From Ascoidea asiatica JCM 7603 (lineage: Eukaryota > Fungi > Ascomycota), in the NCBI GenBank assembly GCA_001600695.1, contig BCKQ01000001.1, positions 796,432-860,431 of the forward strand: a stretch of 64,000 nt of DNA, written 5' to 3'. This document shows positions 11,501 to 23,029 of the stretch, piece after piece. Position 1 is the first letter of the stretch; each line of letters opens with the position of its first letter. Below the pieces are notes generated by a model. It searched no databases and was not told where the DNA came from. It saw nothing but the letters and a program-made list of their open reading frames with translations. The position numbers and the translations under genes are program-made.

Positions 11501-14500
11501 CTTTTGATCAACAACTTTGGAGGAATCAGAATTTTCATCAACATCATTTTCTCTATTTGGATTCATATATCTATCAAGTTTTCTATCAATACTACTTTTA
11601 TTTTTCAACGCCAGTTTATCTTGTTCAGAAAGGTCCCTTCCGCCATCATGTTCATAGAAATCATTTGTATTTATGATCAAAAGATATTTATCAATTTGAG
11701 GAACAAGAACGATATTTGATTTAGAGTCAACCATAAGTTTTTGTTTAATTACATTGACAGCACTACTAGATGATTCCTTACTGTCATCGTAACTTATGGC
11801 CTCATTTAAGTTTGTTTTCAAATCATTTTTGTGCATGTAACTATCATTTCTCGAATTTGTTAAAGCTTCATGCCTAGGATCTACTTCATTTAATAAATTT
11901 CCATAAAAGTTCTTTTTGAAGTAATTGAATTGATAAGTATTAAATTCTAAATTATGTAAATAAGGAAAACATCCAACTCGAAAGTAATGCAATGATTTAT
12001 CAGAACCATCATTTAGTTTCTCTAAAATTTGCTGATTGGAGAATGATTCAGGTAATGTATAATCATAATTCCAAAATTTCAATAATTTTATAAATGTAGG
12101 TGTATTTAGACTGTAGATATTTTTAATAAATTTAGTATTATCCTTTGGAATAATATCTCTAGGAATGAAAGGAGCTGGTATTTTAAATGATTCTTGTTTA
12201 TCACTGGATAATAAACTTTGTGTAGGACTAATGTCTTCAATGTCAACTGGTTTGTTTAAATCTTTACTAGATCTTGAATTTGATTTAAGATTTTTAGAGC
12301 CATCATCATTTATATATATATTACTATTATCTTGCTGTATTATAACATCATTATTATTATCAATATTTATATGTGTTACTGAACTGATTGGTTTTGCTTT
12401 TAAAGATTTTAGTTTTAAATGACTGGAATTTGATTTTGCTTGCTTTTTTAATAGCTTTAGATCTTTTGGGGAATTCGTAATTAAATCTTCATTAAAAACA
12501 GATATTTTATTGTTATAGATATATGAATTTTCTTGAGAAATATAAGATACATCCAAGCAATCATTACAAACATTTAAAATTTTATTAAAATTTTTATTAT
12601 AGGTTTCACCATTTATTGAAGATATTTGAGTACTTTCAGATTCTTCAATTAAAGATAAATCAGGTTTTTTCAGATTCTCTGATATTATAATATCTTCATT
12701 GATTATTCTAGGTGTTGATTGATTTTCATTTCTAGTAAATTTTAATTTTTTACTACTTTTTATATTTCTTTTTTTTGGAATTAAAATATTACCATTAACT
12801 GGAGTTGAACTTGCAGAAGCAGGATAAGAATTCGGAGAAAATATAAGCTGATTTCTACTTGATTGTGTGTCATTTGAATTAAGGACATCAAATGACATAA
12901 TAACTTTACAATTAGGTATTATATTAATATTAATAAAATCCATAAAAGAAGTCATTTTATTATATGGATTTTGATCTTTTGAATGAACAATATTTTTATT
13001 ATTTTTGATAGTATTATTATTATTATTATTGTTATTGTTATTATTTTTATGATTATTATTAGGAGTATTATTAATATGATTATGTACAATAGTGGGTAAT
13101 TTTCCAGAATCATAAATATTTGTCGACTCTGCATTAGGCATCGACATTGAAGGAGAGATCGTTAATGAAGGATTATTTCCGGTGATTTTTGAAAATTGAG
13201 TATTAGAGTTAATTTGATGATTATTATTATTATTATGATTAATATGATTATTAACAGATTTTGAATTAATATTATTATTGATTGTGTTAGTATTAGTATT
13301 AGAACCACGATTTAAAGTTGAAATTGAATCATTTTGAGAATTTACAGAATTTGCATCATTATAAGATTCAGTACTATTAATACCGGAACTTAAATTTTCA
13401 ATGTTATTATTATTATTATTATTTGAAATATTATCAATTTTATTATTATGATTATTAATGCTTTCAAAATCTTGTAAAGTATCGTTTAAAACAGTTGAAA
13501 TAATTGATTTATTATCATCATTATGACCATGATTATTGAAATTTTTATTTATTTTATGATCTATATCATTTATATTTTTATTTTTTAAACTTGAAGTTAA
13601 TTCAGATTTGGGTTTTGAATTTGATTTTAATTTTGCTTTAGATTTTGAAATTTTTTTCATTATTGAATTTTTGTTATTATTATTATCAGTATTATTTTTT
13701 GATTTTTTATCATTATAATTTTGATTATTCAGATATTTAAATTTATAATCATTATCATTACTATGATTATTATGATTATTATAATTATTGTCAATTAAAT
13801 GACTATCTTTATCTATAAGATCAAGATCATTATTATTCATATTATCATTAGGATCATTTTCTACATGAGAATTTGCAGTATAAAATACGGATTCATTAGA
13901 ATCAGTATCTGAGTCAAAATCATAATTAGTTGTATGATTTGTAAGTTTATTATTGTTTAGGTTGTTTAAGTTATTTAAATTATTTAAATTTGAATGAGAT
14001 TGTATTGGAGTTTGATTATATTTTGGTAAATTAAAACTTGAATCACTATCAATTTTTTTTAAATCATTATTTTTATTACTTTTACTTTTATTTTTATTGT
14101 TGCTATTTGAATTTAAATTTGAATTTGAATTTGAATTTGAATTATCATTATAAATTGAGTTCATATTAAAAGGTCTAAAAGTGAAATTATTTGAAGATTT
14201 TTGAGAATGTTTATTATTATTAGTATTATTGGTTAAAACATTATCATTATTATTTGTGAAAGAGTTATCATTATCATATTGATAATTTTTATATTTTAAA
14301 TTTGGATTAAAAGAATTATCAAGACTTGAATTTGAATTTGATACTGAATTTGAATTTGAAATTGAATTATTTTTTTGAATATTTAATTGAATTTGATATT
14401 TATTTATATCAAATTGATCAGTTTCATTATTATTATTATTATTATTAATATCATTATTATAGTTATCGTTATCATTATCATTAGTGTCATTATTATTTAA

Positions 14501-14692
14501 ATTTGAATTGATATTTGAATCATTATAATAATTATTTGAGTCATAATTTAGAATTTGATTGAAAGTTTTTAATTTTGAAGTCAAATAACTAAAATATTGA
14601 TTTTTATTATTATTATTATTATTATTGTTGTTATTATTGCTATTTAAATCAACTAAATTATCAGTTGAAGAAATTTCTTCTTTTATATTCAT
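8591..14692 (-). CDS. PPS1: Dual-specificity protein phosphatase, Pps1-type, with very long Asn-rich N-terminal extension
   Basis: LPSKVLPYLYLGNLNH, LQDNGID, C(X)5R loop VNCKVGVSRSAS, AYLYVRVRRLNLIIQPN and REVDWHVLC near the C-terminus. An upstream degenerate DSP domain (IYCYDGFT) and an FPYLH motif are also present. Confidence 0.88.
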   Translation of the reverse strand: MNIKEEISSTDNLVDLNSNNNNNNNNNNNKNQYFSYLTSKLKTFNQILNYDSNNYYNDSNINSNLNNNDTNDNDNDNYNNDINNNNNNNETDQFDINKYQIQLNIQKNNSISNSNSVSNSNSSLDNSFNPNLKYKNYQYDNDNSFTNNNDNVLTNNTNNNKHSQKSSNNFTFRPFNMNSIYNDNSNSNSNSNLNSNSNNKNKSKSNKNNDLKKIDSDSSFNLPKYNQTPIQSHSNLNNLNNLNNLNNNKLTNHTTNYDFDSDTDSNESVFYTANSHVENDPNDNMNNNDLDLIDKDSHLIDNNYNNHNNHSNDNDYKFKYLNNQNYNDKKSKNNTDNNNNKNSIMKKISKSKAKLKSNSKPKSELTSSLKNKNINDIDHKINKNFNNHGHNDDNKSIISTVLNDTLQDFESINNHNNKIDNISNNNNNNNIENLSSGINSTESYNDANSVNSQNDSISTLNRGSNTNTNTINNNINSKSVNNHINHNNNNNHQINSNTQFSKITGNNPSLTISPSMSMPNAESTNIYDSGKLPTIVHNHINNTPNNNHKNNNNNNNNNNNTIKNNKNIVHSKDQNPYNKMTSFMDFININIIPNCKVIMSFDVLNSNDTQSSRNQLIFSPNSYPASASSTPVNGNILIPKKRNIKSSKKLKFTRNENQSTPRIINEDIIISENLKKPDLSLIEESESTQISSINGETYNKNFNKILNVCNDCLDVSYISQENSYIYNNKISVFNEDLITNSPKDLKLLKKQAKSNSSHLKLKSLKAKPISSVTHINIDNNNDVIIQQDNSNIYINDDGSKNLKSNSRSSKDLNKPVDIEDISPTQSLLSSDKQESFKIPAPFIPRDIIPKDNTKFIKNIYSLNTPTFIKLLKFWNYDYTLPESFSNQQILEKLNDGSDKSLHYFRVGCFPYLHNLEFNTYQFNYFKKNFYGNLLNEVDPRHEALTNSRNDSYMHKNDLKTNLNEAISYDDSKESSSSAVNVIKQKLMVDSKSNIVLVPQIDKYLLIINTNDFYEHDGGRDLSEQDKLALKNKSSIDRKLDRYMNPNRENDVDENSDSSKVVDQKSLSNFIRKNFYIKGTIYPWDILQNKIGGDSRNDLNLEELNLNKKSKAKAKSKQRKEERSASASAPSRSPKVNAKRSHLDVSRSKLGSLFAFGNNSSNQNLDNILTPPMPPYSSLCKQVSNSSSSLAVPKGNDSSASSVVSDSFDLIDLSNEDLSINGRKFTGNAKSPVSFVSANDDSVMEFKSNAFEINLRNFNCQNLLLFKFSNIILYNNDNNTEECEKFAKIFGLLQKKIYFEELEKFMRLIGNNKDLPLEFKFDESNCFILDYHPELLLNFDVNEYEIEQNKGLEDYIYTRSFFKFPPENNTTKPMNLEIPKLEKTKNQVLTTTNTNPFIVPYSSSILQKDLNNWSKNYLLHEKFENWLITSSIEVYKNIYIGNIIDYNNVMSNFKLKSKRSTYTSYLNNLKFEKKLLRSKLKKGSIITNQSLNQLQKIKTQIKTIKDKLASVNEKIDESNDKDFKVLINCKEGARFPSSSFILELLNKYSSDASRPRDTDSDDDMDSEDEEEEIIELEFPASGSYNSPLMTRNDIISILNFLKLLNVLSIKKNFKILIYCYDGFTHLSLLSLCLEIFKNFISLNNSILKYQLIYEKVLYFFPCDYEILSFLEKILLFYSWHWIYANISTSRSLVDEKILRDIDLTEIGIWYDTMYKRKYYLNVYTYMTLHESNHERPIKELEYILDKKNPKFKTFNETIKDNKNFTVDWFSTQNDNNLPSKVLPYLYLGNLNHVNSKTILKLLNIKYIITIGEQPEWLDLYQPYVNDFKPEKLVKSLSSSNYYSYLSSFGLISEIKNLCEDDIIEIKNPLPFVKKIVYLPNLQDNGIDSFNPYFLYLLKLLEIFRNRAKQLGNNAKILVNCKVGVSRSASLCIAEVMNYLKISLSRAYLYVRVRRLNLIIQPNLKIFYDLLKFEEFTNYKENLRTVNQNKKLLKRTDKGKEPDKELVLKKKKPLREVDWHVLCQEIDILNSHYIK

Positions 14693-16034
14693 TTTATTTA
14701 ATTGAGAAATTTCAGAATATTATTCATATAATTAAATTATTTCTTGAATTGTTTGATTACTTGATTAATCAATTAATCTTTAAGTGAATGAGGATATTAA
14801 TTGAAGTAGATTAATTAAATCAAATTGACCGGTGTCAAATTGAGTAAATATATTAATGTAAGTGAAATTGTAAGGTGAGAAACTTCAAGATAATTCAAGA
14901 GTATGTGAGAGTAAGTTGAAATGTTAATGGAATATAATTGATATATTTGATATGTTTGATATAATTGATATATTTAATATATTACTGAATTGAATATATT
15001 GATATAAATGTAAAGAAATTAAGAATACTAATAATAATAATGACAATAATAAATGGAGATGAATTACTTTTAATCTTAATGAGTATTAAAGAAGAAATTT
15101 CTAAAATATAAGTTAAGGTGAGTTCATATGAGTTTAATTGAGTTCAATTGAGTTCATATTATAAAATATTATGAAATATTTAAAATTTCTTTTAAGAATT
15201 ATTACCAAAGTTTAAGAGAAATTTAAGAAAATATAATTATAAATATATTTTTAAATATTTTTAAAATTGAATCAAATTTTTCAAAATTGATGTAAACTCT
15301 TATTTACTTTTAGGTAATTTGATAATTCAAATTTTGACTGAAAGTTCACTGTAACGTTACTGTGAAAAAAAAAAGTGGTTATGATAAAAATGATAATAAA
15401 ATTATAATAAAACGATAATTTTTATACGGTAATTAATTAATAAAAACCTTTCAAGAATTAACGATTTTAATTAATTTTAAAGATCTTAAAGGTTTTATTT
15501 TTGTTTTCTTTGGAAGTATTTTAAAATATTTGTTGAGTAAACTTGAAATTGATATCGAATAAAAAAAAAAAAAAATTTTTAGTGGTGAATAATTTGAAAT
15601 TAAAAAGCGTGAAATTTTGAATTGTAAGTTAAAACACAGGCACGTAATTAATAAATTTAGATGCAAAAATGTCTTTACTCTTTTCTAGATCAAAATTATT
15701 AAAAGAAGTGGTATTTTGCAGCTTTGAAGTACAAGTTTATGCTTTAGGAGATTGAATATTCTCAATTGATTGATTTATTATTTATTATTTATGTTCTTAT
15801 GGAAATAATAAATATTGTTTATTTTATTGATGTTAATATATTAGTATTTTATTAACTTACTTACCTTCTTTTTTCTTACCTTGTTTTTAAACCACTGCGA
15901 AGGCCCGGATCTGAAAACCATGCCCTGGAAACAGGCTCCAGTTACCGGAACGGAACTGTTTGCTTGCTTTGCTTTTCTTTGCGATAAGAAGCAAATTTAG
16001 ATCAAATTCAAATTCAAATTCAAAATTCAGATCA

Positions 16035-16040
16035 ACGCGT
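16035..16040. promoter_or_regulatory. MCB element ACGCGT in the GC-rich island upstream of PPS1
   Basis: Exact hexamer about 1.3 kb upstream of PPS1; CACGTG at 16195-16200 lies in the same island. Confidence 0.3.
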
Positions 16041-16653
16041 AACTACCAATTTTAGTTCGGTTGGAATTCGGTCGCAGGTGAGAATGTTCGCATTCCTGTC
16101 GAGTCTGGCGCTGTCTTCCACGCTTCTGGGAATTTGGGAATCTGAGAATTTAAAAAATAAAGGAAGAAGAACCACATTTTGGGATACATGACAGCACGTG
16201 TAAACCGGATTTTGGTTTCCTGATTCGGACTACTGTTTTAAGTCTTATACCTGCGCTCAAGTATATTAGTGAATCTTGAGGAAACAAAATCAGCTTCCTG
16301 TGGTGAATGAGAGACAAGATGATGTTCTTTGACTGATAATAATTCAATTACAAATAAAAAAAAGCTCTTTTACTGGCACAGTTTTATGTATTAATAAGTT
16401 CTATCACTTCAAATAATAATAATCTTTATGAAGTGTTAAAAATATATATAAAAAATGAGCTTCTTTTAAATAAACAAATAAAAATATGAGGTTATGATAG
16501 AAAATTTGAAATTTCAAACAGGAAATAGACAAATAGACAAATAAACAATAGATATTAGATATTAAATATAAGATAATAAAAAATAAACAATAGTTAAAAG
16601 ATAAGTAAGGCTCATATATCAAATAGTTGTTGAATTTTATTTCAAAAATATTC

Positions 16654-19600
16654 TTAATTATTAACTGCACTAACAATAGAAATGAAACGATTAACACCAA
16701 GTAACCATTTTCCATTTTTAGAATTATCATTAGCTGCCATTTCCATATGAAGTGCCTTTGCTGTATTATAGTCCCTTTTTACAAGTGCTTCACTTAAATT
16801 CAATAATGAATCTTCTAAATTTGGATCATCTAAATCATTATTATTCAAATGATCAAATAGAATATTTAATTTTTTAACTGTAGCATTGAATTGCTTTGTA
16901 TATGTTGGTGGAATATTTGGTTCTAATGTTAAAATTTCTTCATTAATTCTATTAAAAATTGGTTGTAATTTTTCTGGTATATGACTTCTATCACCTTTTG
17001 GATGTTTAATTACTTTTGGTACTGAGGAATTTTGAATTTTTTCATGTCTTAATTCTTCTGCTTGTTCTTGTGCAACAATTGATTCTAATGCTGTTGGAGT
17101 CGGTGGCATCATTAAATTTCCCGTACTTGGTGGTAATAATGTAACCGAAGTAACTGCAGTATTTGTCAGTGATTGTTTTCTCATATGTAATGGAATTGTT
17201 GGTGGTGGTAAATTTGATGGCTTATTACCAATTGGTGGTGCATATGTTGATCCATTACCAATTCCATTTCCAATCATTGATCCTTGATTAAATTCATTCG
17301 ACTGAGGTGGTAATTGATTTGAATATGGTCCTACTCCTCCAACTGATGATCCATCATATAAGTTTGGTGTTGTACGTCCACCTCCATAAATTGGATACTG
17401 CTGTGGAGGTGATGCCATCATTGGTCCTTGATTATTTTGCATTGCTCCCATTGGTCCATTTGGTACAATTAAAGCACTTGGTGCATATGGATTATGTGGA
17501 GCTTGTAATGGAGTTCTAGAAGCTGAAGGTGGTGACATAAATCCATTATTAAAACCATTATTGTATCCATTATTCACATTCATGGGTTGTTGTGTAGCAA
17601 CTTGAGCTTGTGGTGGTGGTGTATATCTATTAAAACTTGATGAATGATTTAATGCTGGTGCTGGAGACATTACTCTTGATGGTGGTTTACTATTTTGACG
17701 ACTTCTAGTCCTTGGTGGAGGTCCTCCACCCATTTGCATATTTGAAATTGATGCTTTTCTTGATATTGGTGGTGCCATATTTGGTTGATTTTGTTGTTGA
17801 TTAAAATTTGATTGAATATTAATTGCTTTTGCAGGTGTAATTGCACGACGTGAATTAACTTTAGAAAATGTATCTGGTAAATCATTCCATCCACCTTCTT
17901 TAGATTTTTTATTAGTAATTGGCGGTTGTGGTAATGAACTTCCTAATTCACTAATACTATCTAATCCTTTTATTCCATGATGTGGAGGACTTAAAACTTG
18001 ATTATTCACTGGTTGATAAGGATTTGTAATTGTTGATCTTGAATATGGATTTGGTTGTGGAATTGATGAATTTGGTACATTGTTATTATTATTATAATTA
18101 TTTGTTGGATTTATTGGATTTATACTACTTGATAATGAAGGTGCGTAAAAATTATTTTTCATCAGTGATGGAGTTGTTGTAGAAACTGGTTTTGGTGTTT
18201 GAAATGCTTTTGTAGGAATTGAAGAATTATTATTACTATAATTTGAATATTTACCAGTCATATTTCTTCTTTTTTGAGAAAGATTATTACCACCTAAAAC
18301 ATTAGAGTTTGAAGCTTTATTACTTATAGATTTACCTAAAATCTTTGTAACTCTTTCTTTTTCAGTTTTAACATCTTTTGATTCAGAAGGTAGAATTGTT
18401 AAAATTTTTGCAGCATTTTTAAATTCATGAATATCAATTAATAATGAAACATATTTTAAAAATATTGAAACAACAGATGATTCATTTACTGTATATGATT
18501 TATTCATAAATTTTCTAAAAGTTAAAACTTTTGTTATAAAAGCAGTTAAAGATTTAAAATAAGCATCAGAAGGTGATTTAATTTCATCTGATCCATTTTT
18601 AGCTTCTTTTAAAATACTTTCTTCTAAAGAATTAATTTCTTTTAACCAAATATTTGAAATTTTATCTAAAGATCCACTTGATAAATAACATAAAATTGCA
18701 TCATTTCTTAAATTAGATGATGATATATCCTTTGATGATAATAAACGATCACCTAATTCAGACATAACTTTATTAAATTGATTTTCATCTTTAACATAAG
18801 TTGAAACAGCTAAAGAAATATCAACCCAATTATTTAAATCACCATTTTCTATTAAATCAAAAATATTTGAATTTGTTTTTGATTCATCAGTATCAATATT
18901 AAATAATAATCTTGATAATGAACTTTTTGAATGTTTTTTAAAATATTCATTTTTAATTTTTTTTAATAATTTTATTGAATTTGTATTAATTGCTAATAAA
19001 AATGCTTCATTTAATTTATCTTTTGAAATTAAAATATTAATTGCTTTATCTAAATTACCTAAAATAATTAATTTTTTTAAATTTTGATCATCAGTTGAAT
19101 CAATTTTATTATCAATAATTTTGAAAATTCCACTAGGTTTATAAGTTTCATCTAATTCTTTTTGTTGTTCAGATAAATTAGAGAAAAAATCATCAGAAGA
19201 TTTATTTTTTGAATTATCTTTTAAAGGTTCTTCATTAACAAGTTTTGAAAAGAAATCATCAGTAGATTTATCATCATTTGAAATTTCTTTTGGTTCTTGA
19301 GAAAGTTTTGAAAAAAAATCATCTTCATTATTATTATCAGTAATTAAAGTATCTTGAATATTTTGATTTTCTTTAATATCATCAGAAATTTTAGTTTCTT
19401 CTTTAGTTTCTTCTGATTTAGTTTCTTTTTCAGAATCATTTTCAGATTTAGTTTCAATACTTTTAATTTCATCAGGTTTATCATAATTGAAATGAGATTT
19501 AATTAAATCTTTTTTATTTGAATCAATTAATTCTTTTAATAATTCAAAATCATTTTTATCATTTTTATCAATTTTTGATAATTTTTCTATAGTTTTTTTA

Positions 19601-20982
19601 ATATCAATTGAATTTTCATTTAAAGAATCATTTAATAAATCTAAAGATTTATCTAATAAATTTGAATTAAAAGGTTTAAAATTTGAAATTTTAATAATTT
19701 TATCATTATTATTAGATTTATTATTTTCATTATTATTAATTGTAATAATTTTACCAGAATTTGAAAAAAAAACTTTAAAATTTTTTTTATACCATTTTGG
19801 AGCTTGTTGAATTAAAATTTTTGGATTTTGAGATTCTGAATTAGTAATATTTGACCAAAAATCATCATCATTTTTAGAATTATTATTATCAATTATTGAA
19901 GGAGAAGTATCTTGTAAAGATTGAATAGTAATTTTATTATCAAAAGAAGAAGTTGCAAAAAAATCAGGATTTTTTGGAGCAAATTTAACATTATAACACC
20001 AATTTGAAGTTGTTGGATATTCAATTAATTTTTCTGCGGTGATTGGATTCCATAAATAAGTTGAATTATCTTTACCAGAAGATAATAATAAATTTTCATC
20101 ATTATTACACCAATCAAGACTTAAAACACCCTTTTTATGAGAATTTAAAGTTTTTAAAGGTTCTTTTGTATTTCTTAAATCCCAAGTTAAAATTACAGGA
20201 TAATAATCAGAATCAGAAGCAGTTACTAATAAAGTTGAAATTGATGGATGCCAATTAACAGTTGATAAATTTGCTCTACCACCTTCAGGAGGAGAATAAT
20301 TTATATGTAAAATTTCTTTTTTATTTCTTAAATCCCAAATTGAAGTATAACCAGAATTACCTGCAGTTGCTAAAATATGAGACATACCATTATTCCAAGA
20401 AATAGAACTAATTTCATCAATTGGAGTCATTGATTGACCAGGTATAAAAGGTTGATTAAATTTTTTTGTATCCCAAATAAAAATTTCACCTTTTAAACCA
20501 GAAGAAGCTAATAAATGATTTTGAATTGGATTAAATTTAACAGCTTTAACAGAGGAAGTATGTTTTTTAGCTTTATATAAAGTAATTAAATCAGAATTTT
20601 TATTATTTAATAAATCATTTGGATTATAAAAATCAATTGTACCATTTTCTAGACCTGCAGCTAATAAACCAAGATTATAATTATCAAAAGGTTTACTCCA
20701 ATCTAAAGAATAAGCTTTTGCATCTATATTATAAGAAGCTATTGGTTTTTCATTTTCATTATCATTATTATTATTATTATCATTATTATTATCATTATTA
20801 TTATTATTGGTTGATGAATTATTATTTGAATTTGATTTAAAAGGATCCCAGATTTCTAATTTTGAAGAAGAATCAAAATCTATATCTATTGCACCAGCTA
20901 TTGTTGCAGAAGCTAAATAAGGTAAATTATTATTTGACCAAGCAAATGCAGCTGTTCGATGAATTTCATATAATTTAACCAT
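16654..20982 (-). CDS. SEC31: COPII outer-coat subunit Sec31
   Basis: MVKL...RTAAFAWS start, WD40 propeller (IWDLRNKKE, WDLRN, HKKGVLSLDWC), QAPKW, alpha-solenoid, Pro-rich region with GWNDLP, and C-terminal GDRSHIP...KKLNILFDHLNN. Confidence 0.97.
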   Translation of the reverse strand: MVKLYEIHRTAAFAWSNNNLPYLASATIAGAIDIDFDSSSKLEIWDPFKSNSNNNSSTNNNNNDNNNDNNNNNDNENEKPIASYNIDAKAYSLDWSKPFDNYNLGLLAAGLENGTIDFYNPNDLLNNKNSDLITLYKAKKHTSSVKAVKFNPIQNHLLASSGLKGEIFIWDTKKFNQPFIPGQSMTPIDEISSISWNNGMSHILATAGNSGYTSIWDLRNKKEILHINYSPPEGGRANLSTVNWHPSISTLLVTASDSDYYPVILTWDLRNTKEPLKTLNSHKKGVLSLDWCNNDENLLLSSGKDNSTYLWNPITAEKLIEYPTTSNWCYNVKFAPKNPDFFATSSFDNKITIQSLQDTSPSIIDNNNSKNDDDFWSNITNSESQNPKILIQQAPKWYKKNFKVFFSNSGKIITINNNENNKSNNNDKIIKISNFKPFNSNLLDKSLDLLNDSLNENSIDIKKTIEKLSKIDKNDKNDFELLKELIDSNKKDLIKSHFNYDKPDEIKSIETKSENDSEKETKSEETKEETKISDDIKENQNIQDTLITDNNNEDDFFSKLSQEPKEISNDDKSTDDFFSKLVNEEPLKDNSKNKSSDDFFSNLSEQQKELDETYKPSGIFKIIDNKIDSTDDQNLKKLIILGNLDKAINILISKDKLNEAFLLAINTNSIKLLKKIKNEYFKKHSKSSLSRLLFNIDTDESKTNSNIFDLIENGDLNNWVDISLAVSTYVKDENQFNKVMSELGDRLLSSKDISSSNLRNDAILCYLSSGSLDKISNIWLKEINSLEESILKEAKNGSDEIKSPSDAYFKSLTAFITKVLTFRKFMNKSYTVNESSVVSIFLKYVSLLIDIHEFKNAAKILTILPSESKDVKTEKERVTKILGKSISNKASNSNVLGGNNLSQKRRNMTGKYSNYSNNNSSIPTKAFQTPKPVSTTTPSLMKNNFYAPSLSSSINPINPTNNYNNNNNVPNSSIPQPNPYSRSTITNPYQPVNNQVLSPPHHGIKGLDSISELGSSLPQPPITNKKSKEGGWNDLPDTFSKVNSRRAITPAKAINIQSNFNQQQNQPNMAPPISRKASISNMQMGGGPPPRTRSRQNSKPPSRVMSPAPALNHSSSFNRYTPPPQAQVATQQPMNVNNGYNNGFNNGFMSPPSASRTPLQAPHNPYAPSALIVPNGPMGAMQNNQGPMMASPPQQYPIYGGGRTTPNLYDGSSVGGVGPYSNQLPPQSNEFNQGSMIGNGIGNGSTYAPPIGNKPSNLPPPTIPLHMRKQSLTNTAVTSVTLLPPSTGNLMMPPTPTALESIVAQEQAEELRHEKIQNSSVPKVIKHPKGDRSHIPEKLQPIFNRINEEILTLEPNIPPTYTKQFNATVKKLNILFDHLNNNDLDDPNLEDSLLNLSEALVKRDYNTAKALHMEMAANDNSKNGKWLLGVNRFISIVSAVNN

Positions 20983-20984
20983 AT

Positions 20985-21050
20985 TATATTATATTGTATT
21001 GTATTGTATTATATTGTATTGTATTGTATTATATTATTTGTATTATATTG
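20985..21050. repeat. (TATTG/TATTA)n pentanucleotide microsatellite in the SEC31 5' leader
   Basis: About a dozen imperfect 5-bp units immediately upstream of the SEC31 ATG. Confidence 0.8.
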
Positions 21051-21708
21051 AATATTGTTTATTTATTATTTATTTATAAGTTACTTAATTGATTAATGAG
21101 TAAATCAGGAGAATATGCATTTGTTTAAAAGATTGATTAATTGAGATGAAGTACTTTAATAAAGCACAAGTGTAATATATTTTTCAATCAATTCACAAAC
21201 AATATATAAATGTAATATTTTGAAGATTGTTTAATTCAATTACTTATATATTTTATATATATATATATATATATAATTGATATATATTCGAGATATATTC
21301 GAGATCTATTTTGAAATTGAATATAAATTTAAGGATTGTTTTGATGGTTTTAGAGGATTGAATATGATTTTTGACTGTCAGATCTGACTTTTCACAACAC
21401 CTTTTTTTGAAGTTATTAAAGTAGTGAAATGGTGAAATGGTGAAGTTGGCGTTGTTTGTTGGTGTTGTTAAGAAAAATAAGGCTAGCACTGAAGTGTTTA
21501 ACTGTTAACTTGGAGAGTGATTCAAGTTACTTACTTGGCTTGTTGTTTGGTGATTATTATTTACCTACGTGTTAACTGTTCCTGGGTGGATTTATTGCAC
21601 TTCTGCTACAGTACTACAAACAGTACTACAAACAGTATTGCATTGCAGACTTACTGTAGATAAAGGACAGTCGGAAACAGCTGGCACCGGTCACGAGATA
21701 AGCACATG

Positions 21709-21715
21709 CACGTGA
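21709..21715. promoter_or_regulatory. bHLH site CACGTGA (Cbf1/Tye7/Pho4 class)
   Basis: Located in the SEC31/PHM7 divergent intergenic region. Other CACGTG copies at about 1009, 16195, 32768, 42571 and 43655, all intergenic. Confidence 0.45.
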
Positions 21716-23029
21716 GTAAACGAGTCCATAAATACGGGCAGTGTTACATAATTATTTACGTAATTATAATTTTTCCACGCACGTATTAACATTCAGATCA
21801 AGAGTAATTACAAGCACAGAACATTAGTATGCAGTATATCATGTATTTCTCTGCATAGTAGCTTGCTAAGCACACTCCAATTTCAAGATCCACCACTGTG
21901 GCTCATTAGATAGTTACAGGTTACCCTACTCATTTTAATTTTAATTTATTATTCTAGACGTAGACTGAGTCTGATAAATTCATTTTATTGCTATTTATCA
22001 AAATTATATTTGGCCTGGAATCTATTCATATCTCTCCAAATTTAGAAATTGTGAACCTAAATCAATCTAAGCTAATACTCGTTTAACTTTCTGTGAATAT
22101 ATGAGTACAGAATGTACATTTTTATACAGTACATAACATCTGCCCTATCTTTTATAAACTGGAAGCTTCCATGGACCCCAGGCTTATTTTGTATTTAGCC
22201 AGGCATATACCTATTCAAACCGGCTATTTGTTTAACTTCTTTTAATTCTTACTATAAAAACCACCGAGTAATACGGAACTAAGACCACTGAGGTTGAAAT
22301 TTATTCTGCGTGCTGGTTTCAGCTTGTCTGCTATACACCACCCTCTGGTTTCCCTTAGCTATGGCCAGTCCAGCCTCATCCGACAATGCAGGGAGACACT
22401 TTCTGTTTCAGGCTGAGCACCCCGACTAGCAGCAGAGTACTGATCCGCTCCCGAATAAGGTTTGGTCAAGATTTCCTTCTCGATTTCATAACAAACAAGC
22501 AATTCCACGAAGGAGCAAACCAAAAATAAATATTCTTTACAATTTTTTCTTCCTTCCTGGTCTATTTTCTACTGTAATTATTTATTTATCTCTTAATTTC
22601 TATTTTTTTTAAATTTCTTATTTGTTTTTTTTTCCATTTTTATTTAAATTTATCCAAAAGAACATAAATTTCATTTTCAAAAAGTTATTTATGACCAAAT
22701 AAATTCAATCATAAGTAAAAGAGTATTTGAATCTTAAATTAAAAGTGAAATTGAAATTGAAATTGAAAGTGAAATAGTTTAATTAAAATATATATAAAAT
22801 ATATATATAAAAATTAATAATTCTCTTTTCTTTTCTTTTATTTTCTCATTTTTTCTTTTAATATTATATCACTTATCATACATCAAATTGATAACGTATA
22901 TAATTTTATATTTAATCTCATTTATATTTTCATATTTAAAAACACTCAATTCATCAAAAAAAAATATTCAATAAATATATAATTAGTATATTATTTATTT
23001 ATATACAAATAATTATTTAACTGATCAAA

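Noticed and set aside
9325-13134. Many 60-150-aa antisense or alternative-frame ORFs inside long genes (here and in SEC31, SPT6, RSC9, FAA2)
   Set aside because: Shadow ORFs of biased codon usage and AAT repeats, with no recognisable domains.
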